NCBI GenBank assembly: GCA_973895155.1
Contig: OZ316892.1
Span: forward strand, 4,033,223 to 4,097,222
Source of the DNA: Marsupella aquatica
Taxonomy: Eukaryota; Plantae; Marchantiophyta
Direction: 5' to 3'
DNA: 64,000 bases
Under the pieces are notes generated by a model. That model was given only the letters and a program-made list of their open reading frames with translations, did not search any database and was not told the DNA's origin. Each line of letters starts with the position of its first letter. Within the stretch, counting starts at the first letter, position 1. Below, in pieces: positions 37,001 to 48,298 of the stretch. Both the position numbers and the translations under genes were made by a program.

Positions 37001-38370
37001 GGGACCCCCATGGCCACAGGGCAGGTTTTACCGTTGGAGTTGCGGTCTGGTGAAGAGGCGGCCTTGTGGAAGGACATCATTGGTGAGGGGTACATCAAGG
37101 CGTGGCAGGCCTTGGCCAATTTGAGGAAGCAGGGGAGCACTAGCACAAGGAGTACCCCGGTGAAGAAGAAGAGGAGTGAAGTGGCACTCACTCCAGTGGA
37201 GAGTGATGAGGAGGCCCACTCATGGGGCTCAAGCCAGGGCACCGTGAGTGAAGAGGAGGAGGATTAGAGTGGTCGTACGGACGTGGTTGTATGGCCCCTT
37301 GACTTTCCAACTTTTTGTGAGGGGTCACTCACGGGCTTGTTGGAAAGAGCTCGCGGAGCTGATTCCAACAAGAGGCAGCGCTCCTCAAATGGAGCCAGGG
37401 TGAGCAAGTTAGGGCCGACGAAGTTGGGTTTACGGGATACTGAAACGGCCATAACTTGTTCGTCCAATGTCCGTTTCAAGAGCGGTTGAGTGATTCATGC
37501 TCAGGAGGAGGAGGGCTATCCAAGGGTGAACTCAGAAGTGCAAGTTGAGGGGCACCTAGTTTCGGCCATTGTGGGGGTCCTTGCAATTTCACGGTTCACG
37601 GAGTAATGTTGGGGCGCCATCGAAGGCACCGTCGACTCCATTGTTAGTTTAGGGTTTAGGGTTTTAGAAGCATGTGTGTGCCGCATGCTCTTAGTTTAGG
37701 GGTTTCTTAGTGAAGGGTTTAGCAGCGCCACTAGGGTAAGCCGCCATCGTTGTGGCCCCGTGAGGGGTGCTTTGGTGTGTTTTTTGGTATTTAGGGGGAG
37801 AGCCCCGGAGTAGTTAAGGGGGAACTCAGTCTAGTGTTTGCTTAGTGAAGTTAGCTCATAGCCAGAAGAGGGAATCAAGCCAGAGTAGTGAGGTAGAGGT
37901 GTAGCACTTGCCCCAGTGAGGCAGTAGTTGGGCAGACAGTAGGAGGCCGGGTTGTCTTTGCATGTGTTACGACGTTTTGCCAAAAGATATGGATTTGGTT
38001 TGATTCCTCAAGTTTTGGTGTGGTGTTATTTTTTCTGGTTCACGATTGTGTTCTTTCCCCAAGAAGCGTCTAAGGAATCCTTGCACGGTTTGGTCAACCA
38101 TGTGAGTAGGAGGGGTGGTGACAGCACTCCACCAACGACCAGTAGGAGTGTATGTGTGTGGCGTAGTCCATGGGACTTGATCAAAAGCAGAGCGGCTAGT
38201 TGGTAGACTTGATCAAAACTTATATTTCTGGGAACGGAAATAAACATACTCATCCTACATGCAATAGAATCCTAATAGCGTCCCTCCATGTTCCCGTCAT
38301 ACGATAACAAATGATTTTAGTAGGAGTAAATATGTATTTGTCGTGTAAATCGTTCGATAAGCAGGTGACA
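34035..38370. mobile_element. 4336-bp LTR-retrotransposon-derived element (giant solo LTR or deleted element) with 5-bp TSD
   Basis: Starts TGTGAC and ends GTGACA (TG..CA, imperfect terminal inverted repeat). Flanked by CCCAT at 34030-34034 and 38371-38375. Contains a GC-rich repetitive segment at 34400-35080. No gag/RT/integrase motifs seen. Confidence 0.8.
35527..37267 (+). pseudogene. Disrupted accessory ORF (~580 codons) inside the TG..CA element: globular N-terminus, acidic linker, coiled coil, basic and acidic tail
   Basis: ORFs 35416-36177 and 36232-36642 are in the same frame, separated by a single TAG. Frameshifts near ~36600 (continuing LSTKAKEAEEVGVLKQAL) and ~36960 lead to ...PVKKKRS...EEEED*. 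Confidence 0.65.
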
Positions 38371-38485
38371 CCCATACTTATCCGGAAATTAGCCATTCTT
38401 TCATTTGACCAAACTAAGGGGCCAGTGCGATTTCTCAATTTAGCCAAGGTGGCTAATGTCACCTTATGTGAAGGAGAAGTAGTTG

Positions 38486-38729
38486 TGGTCAGGGGATGAG
38501 CCTAGAACCGAGAGATCCCAGGTTCAATTCCCAGTCACATGCAAGGGTTGTGGAGGGTGAGTGTGTGTGTGGGTGGGGTGTAGTGGTGGAAGTCCTGGTT
38601 ATCTCCTCAGCCCTGATTGCCCGCATTTGGGCCTTGGTTTAAGCCTCTCTCCCTCCTGGTCTGGGTCCCTGGGTATTGCTCCCTTGTGGCTACCCTACAT
38701 AGAATTGCATGCTCTAGAGCAAAACATCT
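38486..38729 (+). mobile_element. tRNA-derived SINE-like element, copy A
   Basis: A-box-like TGGTCAGGGG and B-box GGTTCAATTCC. Aligns in reverse with 49438-49695. Confidence 0.6.
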
Positions 38730-38909
38730 ATCCTCTATCAGATGGGCCCGCTTTCGGTTTTCATGGCAAAAAAAATAACATTCCTTATCAAGAGTGGGGG
38801 ATGTTAGACCAATGCCCATGTATGTTACTATGAATTTCTCTCAAGTTGTATTTGGACCACCCAGGCTCCATATTTTCATGGTGTATTCTTAATGTTGTTT
38901 GTTTGGAAT

Positions 38910-39599
38910 TGTTGAGCATAGACGATATTCGTAACGGGAAGCCCATGAAGCATCCAACGCACAAGAGTCAACACAGAGAGATACGTGGTTCACCTCCACA
39001 TGAGGCTACGTCCACGGGAACACACAAGAGCTTTACTACACTCTAGGCCGACCGACCATACCAAGCATCCATAGTGCAAGCTCTTTCTATCTCTCAACTA
39101 GCTCCGTAACAATGAGCCTAAGTTCCACCAGGGTCTGGCATCAGCCCTGGCTATATGCACAACAGCACTACCGCTAACATTAGCTAAGTCCTAACCCGAG
39201 TTAGACTAACTGTGGTTAGCTCATGAGTCCCTAAGACAAGAGTCAAGGGGGAGTTTGTTAGATATTGCTCTAGTCTTGTGACTCATGAGCTAACCACAGT
39301 TAGTCTAACTCGGGTTAGGACTTAGCTAATGTTAGCGGTAGTGCTATTGTGCATATAGCCAGGGCTGATGCCAGACCCTAGTGGAACTTAGGCTCATTGT
39401 TACAGAGCTAGTTGAGAGATAGGAAGAGCTTGCGCTGTGGATGCTTGGTATGGCCGGTCGGCCTAGAGTGCAGTAAAGCTTTTGTGTGTTCCTGTGGACG
39501 TAGCCTCATGTGGAGGTGAACCACGTATCTCTCTGTGTCGACTCTTGTACATTGGATGGTTCATGGGCTTGCCGTTACAAATGTCGTCTATGCTCAACA
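38910..39599. mobile_element. Palindromic (foldback) copia-type LTR element with TSD GGAAT
   Basis: 320-bp inverted arms 38910-39229 and 39280-39599, gap-free, ~17 mismatches by eye. The 50-bp spacer holds a PPT (AAGGGGGAG 39245-39253) directly before the LTR start TGTTAGA (39256). Ends TGTTGAG...CTCAACA; GGAAT at 38905-38909 and 39600-39604. Confidence 0.9.
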
Positions 39600-39899
39600 G
39601 GAATCACCCTACAGTGGGATACAAGGAGTAAGTTCTGGGATCCAGCCACTATCAACTTCACTTGGTTCTCCCCACATCTGATTCCAATGGATATTTAGTA
39701 ACCTCTATTCCTTTAGAGGAGGTTGCCATCACATATTTCTAGAGAAGGGAGGGGAGGAGCTGGTCATACTCTGCAGTGCGTGAGAGCTCGGAGTCAACAG
39801 AGAGGTTGCATTCGTGACAATGAATGAAGAAGATGAGCTGGAGAGAATTGGCGTGGAGCAGTGGATGATTACTCGCATTGTGTGAGTTTGTCTTTTGAT

Positions 39900-41100
39900 G
39901 TTCGGGAGCCGGGCGCTAATAATGAATACACTGAGAGGTTCAACCTATATTTGATGTTGATTTACTCTAACACGGCAGAGGCCAGGCTGCGGCTCCAAGA
40001 CTACAAGAATATTTTTGCCTGACTCATACGACGCTCTCTACATCGAGCCAAGCACGTCAAGACTGTTGTTCAATAAGGCAGAGTTGCTCATGCACTGGAG
40101 TTCTTTGAGAAGGCATGCAAAGCTTTCAGAGTCACCTCTGAAGAATCTCCAGAAGATCAATCAGTACTGAAATTTCTTAAGAACAGCACCATTGCGTATG
40201 AACAATCTCAAACTGGTAACTATGACTTGACAAATTTGTATTTGAAGGGTTCCAAGGGCGAAATCCCCTTTTGTGCAGATTTTGTGGGTCAAGTGGAGGT
40301 TCGGTAAGCTCATGTTTGTATTTGAAGGGTTGCAAGGGCGAAATCTCCTCCTGTGCAGATTTTGTAGGTCCAGTGGAGATTCGGCAAGCGCATGTCTGCG
40401 TGGGACTGGGGTTATTGTCACGAAGAGGTTGAAGCCTGGCGAGCTCCTTGTTGTGAGCAATCCTCTGGCAGTCATTGGGGTATAGATTGTAACTCCTTCA
40501 AGCAGGGAGATTCCAATAAAGCTTGGAGAGGAGACAGAATCCTAAATGATCTCACAAGGGAGTCAGGCAAAAGGGTCATGAAATCCAAGTGTGCATGTGA
40601 TTCGCCTGTACAGTCTAGCTAGCAATAGGGAGTCACATGATACCAGGATTCTGTCAATGGATTTTTATCCCAGTACTCAATGGGTCGCATCTGGCTACGA
40701 GAAGTCCAAGCTTGACATGGACTTCATTGAGGAAAATTGTCAATAGAAAACGATTCTATTATGCCGAGCCTGAAAGTGATGAACCAACTGTGGCAGAACT
40801 GACTGGACTATGGATTCATCTAGCTTAAATTGCGAATCAGTCATGTGCTCCAAATTTCCAGCCTTCGTTTGTGGGGGATATTATTTTCTTCCGAGCCTCT
40901 GAACTCATTCTTGAAGGCAAGGAGCTGACTTTGCCCTACTGCCAGGAGCTCTCAGAATATGTGAAATTTTATCAAGCATTGAGCAAGGCCTGGTATTTTA
41001 CATGTAAATGCGAGGGCTGTTGCTTTGAAGAAAGCCTCCAACCATAGCTCTCGCTAATCAATGAGGCATATCCATAGCTTCTGGGTCAATCTAGGCGAGA
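39900..41100 (+). pseudogene. TPR + SET-domain lysine methyltransferase pseudogene
   Basis: TPR-like SNTAEARLRLQDY; SET motifs GVIVTKRLKPGELLVVSNPLA, GLWIHLA*IANQSCAPN, GDIIFFRASELILEGKELTLPY; post-SET FTCKCEGC. Contains stops, frameshifts and an 80-bp tandem duplication (40241/40321). Confidence 0.8.
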
Positions 41101-41790
41101 AATGGAGCAATCCAGTGAACTGACCAGAAGTGAAAGCAGTCCAGAGTAGAAGGACCCCTCCAAAACTGTCGATGAGGGTGGAAGCATTGATTCAGTCTCT
41201 GGGCACCACTCTGTCACCTACACAACAGGACTAGCTTCGAGAAACATTCGGCCCTATCTACATTTCCAGGCTGACCTTGGAACTGGACTCTGTGTCTAGG
41301 ATAGCCACACTCAGGTTTGTTGTTGATTCCACTACCTCTACTTGTGTGACTCAAATGATTTTGACGTTGGCTGTCTTGCTGCTATGGAAGGTCAAAGAAA
41401 GCTACACCAATGACCATCAATTTCTTTTGGAGACTAGGCCGCTTGAGTGGTTCTGAAGTTGCATAAAAGGACATTGTTGGACTTGAGCTCAGGCTGTTGA
41501 ATTCTCTGATCTTTGAGCGATACTTGTTTCAAAACAAATAGTTATCAAACTTAAACTAAGAAGAAAAATCTCTCATCGGTGAAGTACCAATCACTAAAGT
41601 AGATTGGCACTGCTTGGCACTCAATAATGTGCACCTGTATTGCAAAGTAATGAGATTAAAAAAGACTTGTGAAGACAATTTACCAGCTCTACTCTAGGGA
41701 AGAAGGAATTGTATCATTAAGTAATCTGGCAATGGGACAAACTTGTGGGGACAATTTTGGGTAACGAGGACAGTTTGAGTAAGACATTGA

Positions 41791-42308
41791 GAGCACTACA
41801 ATGTACACAGAAGGTCCTAGGTTCAATTTCTAACCGGCTCGAACTTATGAAGGATACAGACATCAAGGGCATGTAGCTCAATGGTAGAGCACTAAGATAC
41901 ATACAAGAGGTCCTAGGTTCAATTCCTAGCTGGCTTGAACTGATGAAGGATACAGGCATCAAAGGCCTGTAGGTCAGTGGTAAAGCACTACAATCGGTAC
42001 ATGTGAGGTCCTGGGTTCAATTCTTAGCTGGCTCGAAGTGATGAAGGATAGAGGCATCAAGGACCTATAGCTCAGTGGTAGAGCACTACGATATACACAA
42101 GAGGTCCTAGGTTCAATTCCTAGCTGGCTCGAACTGATGAACGATATAGGCATCAAGGGCCTGTAGCTCAGGGGTAGAGCACTATGATGTACAACCGGAG
42201 ATCCTAGGTCCAATTCCTAGCTGGCTCGAACTGATGAAGGATACAGGTATCAAGGGCCTATAACTCAGTGGTTGAGCACTAGGATGTACAAGGGAGGTCC
42301 TAGGTTCA
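41791..42308 (+). repeat. Tandem array of tRNA-like units (~96-98 bp period; 4 complete plus 2 partial)
   Basis: Consensus GGGCCTG TA GCTC AGTGGTA GAGC ACTA-(variable)-GAGGTC CTAGG TTCAATT CCTAG CTGGCTC G plus linker AACTGATGAAGGATACAGGCATCAA. Unit starts at 41867, 41963, 42061, 42157, 42254. Confidence 0.9.
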
Positions 42309-42309
42309 C

Positions 42310-42890
42310 TGTTGACAATTCCAACAAAAATCAATGCTAAATGTGACACCAATGCTAAATGTGAGACAGTATCCCAAATGCAAGAGACCCAATAGAAGGG
42401 GAGAAAAAGGGTCTTCAATCCGGGTGGGAGAAAGGATTTTGACTCGAATGTAATATTCTCAAAGATGCTTGATAATGTCATGGGCTCTTGGGATGCACCG
42501 GGCCCCAGTAGAAAGCATACCTTTTAAGGATTAAAGAAGAAGTACTCTAGAGAAAGAAAATCTCTTATGGCTCTCTTCTCCTGACTCTGGGATAAATATT
42601 GCTCGGCCCCCTTGGGGTGGCACTCAGTGTACCTACTAGTAACGAGAGTTTCTTTTACAGTGCAGTAGATTTGACTCATATCTTTAGGATCTCCGTCTCT
42701 TTGATGGTTCATTTTTAGTGTTTACTTGTTCTTTTAGGTGCCTCTGAGTTTGGTTGAGTATGACCTCCCGCTTTAACTTCTCTTAGGTTTACTTACCTTG
42801 CCTACTATGGCTTCTTGTTGCCTTTCTGGGCCCCCTTCCCCTGGGCTTTCGCAGGGTTTTTTATTAAAAAATATTATTAAAAAAAACAAA
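42310..42890 (+). mobile_element. Probable retroelement (LINE-like) 3' remnant ending in an A-rich tail
   Basis: Abuts the truncated last tRNA-like unit and ends in TTAAAAAATATTATTAAAAAAAACAAA just before the UGT duplicate. No diagnostic motif found. Confidence 0.3.
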
Positions 42891-43262
42891 CTCCTTGCCA
42901 TATTTATTTTCGCCATCTACAAATTATGCACTTTCAGAATCTCCTTAGTTGTAACGACGCTGGATTGTGCTAACAATTCTTTGAATACTACTTTTGAAAT
43001 AGATCTAGGTAGACACTAACCTTCCCTGAATTATGTTTGCAAACTCCATTGTGGCTGCACAAGATGATCCACCCAGGCAGCTCATCTGGAACGCCCACGA
43101 ATCGAATCTCTAAAATTGATGTAATTTGCTTTTCAGGAGGCTAGCGATTAACGTTTGAATGCATACGTACGTGATATTGATTCCCCCATAGCTCGCGGTC
43201 TGGCGTGCCAGGACTCAGCAGAGGTTGGGCTGGGTGGAGGACCATCAACAAGTGAGACAGCC
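42891..43262 (-). pseudogene. Internally deleted duplicate of the neighbouring UDP-glycosyltransferase (5' part fused directly to 3' end)
   Basis: 42891-43080 matches ~44412-44600 (C-terminal exon and 3' flank). 43076-43262 matches ~47395-47596 (exon 1). Confidence 0.8.
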
Positions 43263-44495
43263 AAAAAGGGTAGGCCCTAGTGCAGAAAGAAAAAAGTTCC
43301 CAATCAATGCAAGCTCCCAGTCACTTTAAAATTCAGTGGTACAATCTTGTTTTCTGTGTGTCGAGTCGGCCATCTTGGACAATTAACACTTTGGGCAATA
43401 ATCACCTACATCCGCAATTTCCATGTGTTTAATTTATGAAAATGTAAGTCAATCTGACATAACCACGTTACTACTTTTGCTTCCACACCATTATTACCCA
43501 TCATTCTACATGGAATTCGTGACAGATTGTCATGATGTCGCCTTGTCTACAGTCGCTCCTCAAGACTTCCTCAGTTTACTTTTATGTGTAATCACAATGA
43601 TGCAAAAGTTGTCGAGGGCCAAAGATACACGGCCAAAGATTGTTGTTAAAGTACTGAGCCATTATCGTCCAGAAAGCTTCGGTGCTTTAATTGGTAGACT
43701 CTGTCAGCACCACAGGCGAATTTCTCAAAGGCCATTTCCAAACAATAATCGGGCAATTCTCCTTCATCGAAACATCATAGAGACTAAGGCAATCGTTGTG
43801 GGCCGAAGTTCGAATGACATTATGGAAACACAAAGTACTGTAGTCGATTGTGCCATGAATCTTTGTCGTGCAGTACTTGAACGTTATCTTCCATTTTTTC
43901 AGTCTACATTAAGGTGAGTCCCCAGGCTTGGTCGGGAGTTGGGAGGGAACGTCCAGTACAAAACCGATGAAATGCCTTGTTACATCAGGGACCGCACCAT
44001 CGGCTGTGCACCCCAAGCCCTGCTCGCACAAACTTCTCTAAAAAGGAATGATGACGAATTCAATTTTGTGTAGGCTCTTTGCATATATGCATCCCATGCA
44101 ATGTCCTCGCTATTATGCAAATTAGATCTGGTGTTCTGGATCAAACTTTTTGAAAACTTTTTCACTCAAACAGGCATGTCCTTTTCTGATAGGTCTGTTA
44201 GGTATGTACTTGTGTGGCATAGAACTTTGTTACAATTGTTGAAGACATATAAACCCACTTGCCAGAGTCGTGAGTAATTATACTGTTCACAGCTTTAATA
44301 AGTTCTATAAAAGAATAAGTGTCACTGCCCTATCTGGCCACAAGAAAGAATCTGAACTTGTGTAGAGCTTCATTTGAGCACTTCTTGGCCCAGTTAATCC
44401 TTCTTAAAAGCTCCTTGCCATCTTAATCTTCGCCATCTACAAATTATGTACTTTCAAAATCTCCTTCAATCCAGTGACGCTGGATTGTGCTACAA

Positions 44496-47400
44496 TTATT
44501 TGAATGAGTTTTGAAATAAATCTAGGTAGACACTGACTGGCCCACCCTTAATTATGTTTGCAAACTCCCTTATGGCTGCATGAGATGATCCACCTGGGAC
44601 CAGCTCCACACCTATGTTGGTCTTGTACTTCCCCATGCTCTCTCTCATTCTTGTGCCTTCTTCAGATTGAAGGACAACATTAATCGCCTTTGCAAAATCA
44701 TCTGCTTTTACAAACAAGTCCTTATTGAATGCAAGTGTGATCGCCACCTTCAATCCCACTTCCAAATATCTGGTCATTCAGCAGACAGTCCGAGTGTGTT
44801 AAATGTGGCGAAAGAAAAACCCTGCCTCGACTGAAAGCTAACCGACACGTACTTCTCATGCTAGCCATGAATCTTCAGTCACTAAAGCTCCAAATACTCT
44901 AGTCTGCAGCCAACCATATTTTTCTACATCTAGGTTCCAGTCCAAAGAGCTTTCCCAAGCCAATCTCTTCCCTTCAGCTATGCCTGATTTTCCCACATTC
45001 AATTACCTGGAGCAAATAAAGGCTTCTGATGCTAGGCATCGTTCCTCCATTTAGTCTCCACGAGACCCTCAGTTATCAATCAAAGCAGGTCTACTGTTTC
45101 CAGCTAGCCACGATACTTAGAAGACCTCGTACGTTTTCTCTATACCTACAGTAGCTGCCCATGCACCCTCCATCAAGGATCCTTGCTGGCTATACTTTTC
45201 CCAAGACCTCCACCTCTTGAGAGACTCCCTTTCCAAAAGTGATCCTTTCGCTCGACCAATCTTGAGTACGCTTTCTACCTCAGTCTTCCGTCGTTCATAA
45301 CCTTTCAATCTTGTCCAGGTCACTAATAAACATTATTTCTGATAAGCCGGTTTTTTCCAGCTTGTCCCATTAAAAACCATCATTTAGAAAGGAATATATG
45401 GATCTACACCATGAATCGAAGAATTAAATTGCAGAGAATCTTAATTAGATTAATTACTTCCAAGTCCAACTTAAATCAGCAGCACATGTATGGTTTGTGT
45501 ATATTGCCACTTATTCCCCTTGAAGTTATAGAGAACAATGAAAGGGTTTCAGAATTCTCTAGTTCAGAAAACTAGGCACGCAACTCTCAACATGGGAATG
45601 GGATAACTACGCACAAGTGATGTTAAGTAACTAGGCCTCTAGTTCATGTTCTCGATAAATTCGGCATACAGCCACAGCCCAAGCCCAACTAAGTGCATAT
45701 CTTAGCTTAACTGCAAAGGTTCCGATGTTTTAAATAGTTTTCCAAGTAGTGCATGTTTTCGTGCACTGAGACGAAGGTACAACAAAGGATACTGGTAGAC
45801 TTTTGGGAGTCGCACTTAGCAACCCGATCGAAACTGAGGAAAAGTTCTCCGATGCTCTCTAGCGTTGGGGTTACTGACTTACGTGCACAAGCTGAGCTAA
45901 GTCATAAACTACCTCAGAGAATCAACAAAATACAGCCCAGTGTTCAGGATGAGAAGTTACTTAAGCACCGTGGCGCTGGAGGTAACAACGAAGAGGTTCG
46001 GACCGAACGCGCTCAGTATGGAAGCCAAATACTTCCAAAAAATCAGGAGGTGAAGTCAGTCGATCAGATCGTGGAGATCTGGGAGGCTCAATTGACTCCG
46101 AGATTGAAGGCAGGTAATTGCTCGTCGAAGCAACTTTATGCTGGATGTGACCCTAAACCCTAAACCCTAAACGAAGATACGCAGCCAGAGCAAAAGAGTC
46201 ACCTGGAACATCATCCACCTACACAATGCAGTGCGGTATGGAAAGAAGCCCGGACGAGAAAAAGCTGGTTGATTTGTGGGAAACATATCTGAACCCGAAA
46301 CCAGAGTCCAAGAAGGCCCTTGGAATGATCAGCAGGAGATGAGGGGCTGGAAATGTGTCTGGACGAGAGAACGCTGGTTGATTTCTGGAAGACACGATTC
46401 CCATGTGAAATTTAAGAAGAGACACTTCAATTCCCATGTGAAATTTCAGTCGTATCGCACAGTTTTTCGACATGTGAACTAATCGGACACAAAAATCTTG
46501 CGTAGACTGAAAAGTTGTGTGAATCTCAAGGAAACACGGTCTGTCAGAACCTTGAGGTTGACGTAATATTTCTGCTTTGTAGTTCCCAGTGAGTAACCGT
46601 GGATTGAAGGCAAGACGCACTTACTGTTTCCGGGAGAGCCTTGATGACTTCGGCTTCTACTGCCAAGCACATATTCACCAACACTCCATCTGATTCCAGC
46701 GCACACTTGGGCCACCGGGTGAGAAACTCCTCACATTGGTCGTTGTCACTACGACAAGCATTAGCAAGATGGTGAATCTGAAAACCATGTACGCCTGGTA
46801 CTCGGATGAATCCATCCTTATCATCAACATGGTATCCTTTCAGAGGAGAATTCATCATAAGTTGCACAAAAAGAGCTGGATTGACAGAGAGAACATATCT
46901 GGGAATGCCCAACTTGGTAGCAATATCCTGCGCACAACGTACAGTTGTACCATAACATCCAGAAGTCATTTCCCAAGTACCTTTCTTCGAATTGAGTTTA
47001 TTTGAATCGGATTAAGAACATCATGAACCTACAGCTAGCGTGCCAGATCTTCGCCTTCCGCGCTTAATTCCGACAAAGTTCATTTGTTTTTAAATGCTAT
47101 CTCTTTACCAGTCTAGATATCAGGGCAGTGCTGAAACTTTAAATAAGAGAACTCTAGATTGAGTTGCACGAGATTATTTAAGTCATGACGTACGGCAACA
47201 TGAGGGGATAGTAGGATATATTTTCGTACAATTCCCCACCAATTAAGCCAGTCTGTGATCATGCTAGTGGGCCCTTGGAGATTGTGCTGGTCTTGCAGCA
47301 GCTTCTCTACAAAGGGCCCCATGCAGTACCCTAGCTGGAAGCTCTCTCGAAGCACAATTATATTCTGAGGGAGCTCACTCGGTGAATCGAAGCCTGGCAG

Positions 47401-47673
47401 CTCATCTGGAACGCCCACAAGTTGAATTGAATCACTGACATTGCTTTCGCTTTTCAGGAGGCGATCGATTAGCGATTGAAAGCACACGTAAGTGATCTTG
47501 ATTCCGCCATGGCTCGCAATCTGGCGTGCCAGACTCAGCATGGGAAGCATGTGAGGTTGCGATGGGTAGGGGACCATCAGCAAGTGAGGAGCAGCCATCG
47601 TCATACAATTCGCCTTTGGTACCACGCCATTGTGTCCATTCATTGACGCCAGGTCGTGCTTGCTCAACTCCAT
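44496..47673 (-). pseudogene. UDP-glycosyltransferase (GT1) gene lacking an intact PSPG box; probable pseudogene
   Basis: Exon 1 (47230-47673) PHLLMVPYPSQPHMLPMLSLARQIA...MITDW. Exon 2 from 46927 DIATKLGIPRY...DGVLVN...EAEVIKAL. C-terminus RYLEVGLKV...GGSSHAAIREFA. No SVxYxSFGS or WAPQ..HCGWNS found, and the segment at ~44780-44830 is frameshifted. Confidence 0.75.
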
Positions 47674-48195
47674 AGTGGCTGGCAATCTGGGCTTGCTCGA
47701 TATGAATTGATCAACAAGCTCTGCCTGTCGCCAATTTTCATTCATCCAAAAAAACTGAAGATCAATCTAGAAAGCAATCGATCGCGCTGAACCTGCTGTC
47801 TGAACGTCAGCTCAGTCTCGTCACGGATGCTTGGGGATTTCAGCTTTGGTCTTCCATTCATGCTCATTTTTGCTCACCTATCTCGATTGCCCCCCTCTTT
47901 GACGGACTCTGCTCGTGATCCCACTACGACATATGACACACTTTCCTAAAGAAAACAATCATATTTCCCCGGAAACTCGTGAGCTGCAGACTCCTCTTTT
48001 TCCAGCTCTGGCTGGACAGCTGAACAACGAACATAATGATTCAAATGTACATTTATGATTCCTCTTTTCATGGGCAGAGTTATTGATTTCGAACGTGATA
48101 CCTTTGACACCACTACACTGGTTGGTACCCTTTTCCTTTCCAAAAAGGTCCACTGTAGTCCCCACAGAGTAATTCAGAACTCCTGGCACCCCGTC

Positions 48196-48298
48196 CCTAA
48201 TGATTGGGCCCATCATAGACATGCAATTTACCGCCTAATGATTGGGCCCATCGTAGACATGCAATTTACCCCCTAATGATTGGGCCCATCATAGACAT
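48196..48298. repeat. 37-bp tandem repeat x3 (a further partial copy near 48595-48620)
   Basis: CCTAATGATTGGGCCCATCATAGACATGCAATTTACC repeated. Confidence 0.85.

Noticed and set aside
38118-38123. Alternative element end GTGACA at 38123
   Set aside because: Not followed by the CCCAT duplication; the end at 38370 is.
41938-41962. CTGATGA in the array linker as a hammerhead ribozyme core or C/D snoRNA box
   Set aside because: No GAAA follows a stem II, and there is no properly spaced C/D pair. TGATG pairs better with the downstream CATCA.
41791-42308. CRISPR-like array or functional tRNA genes
   Set aside because: The variable segments are short and mutually related, there are no cas genes, and the context is eukaryotic. 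Anticodon stems are broken, so no tRNA identity can be assigned.
43423-43917. 164-aa plus-strand ORF between the UGT relics
   Set aside because: No recognisable motif and composition is not protein-like.
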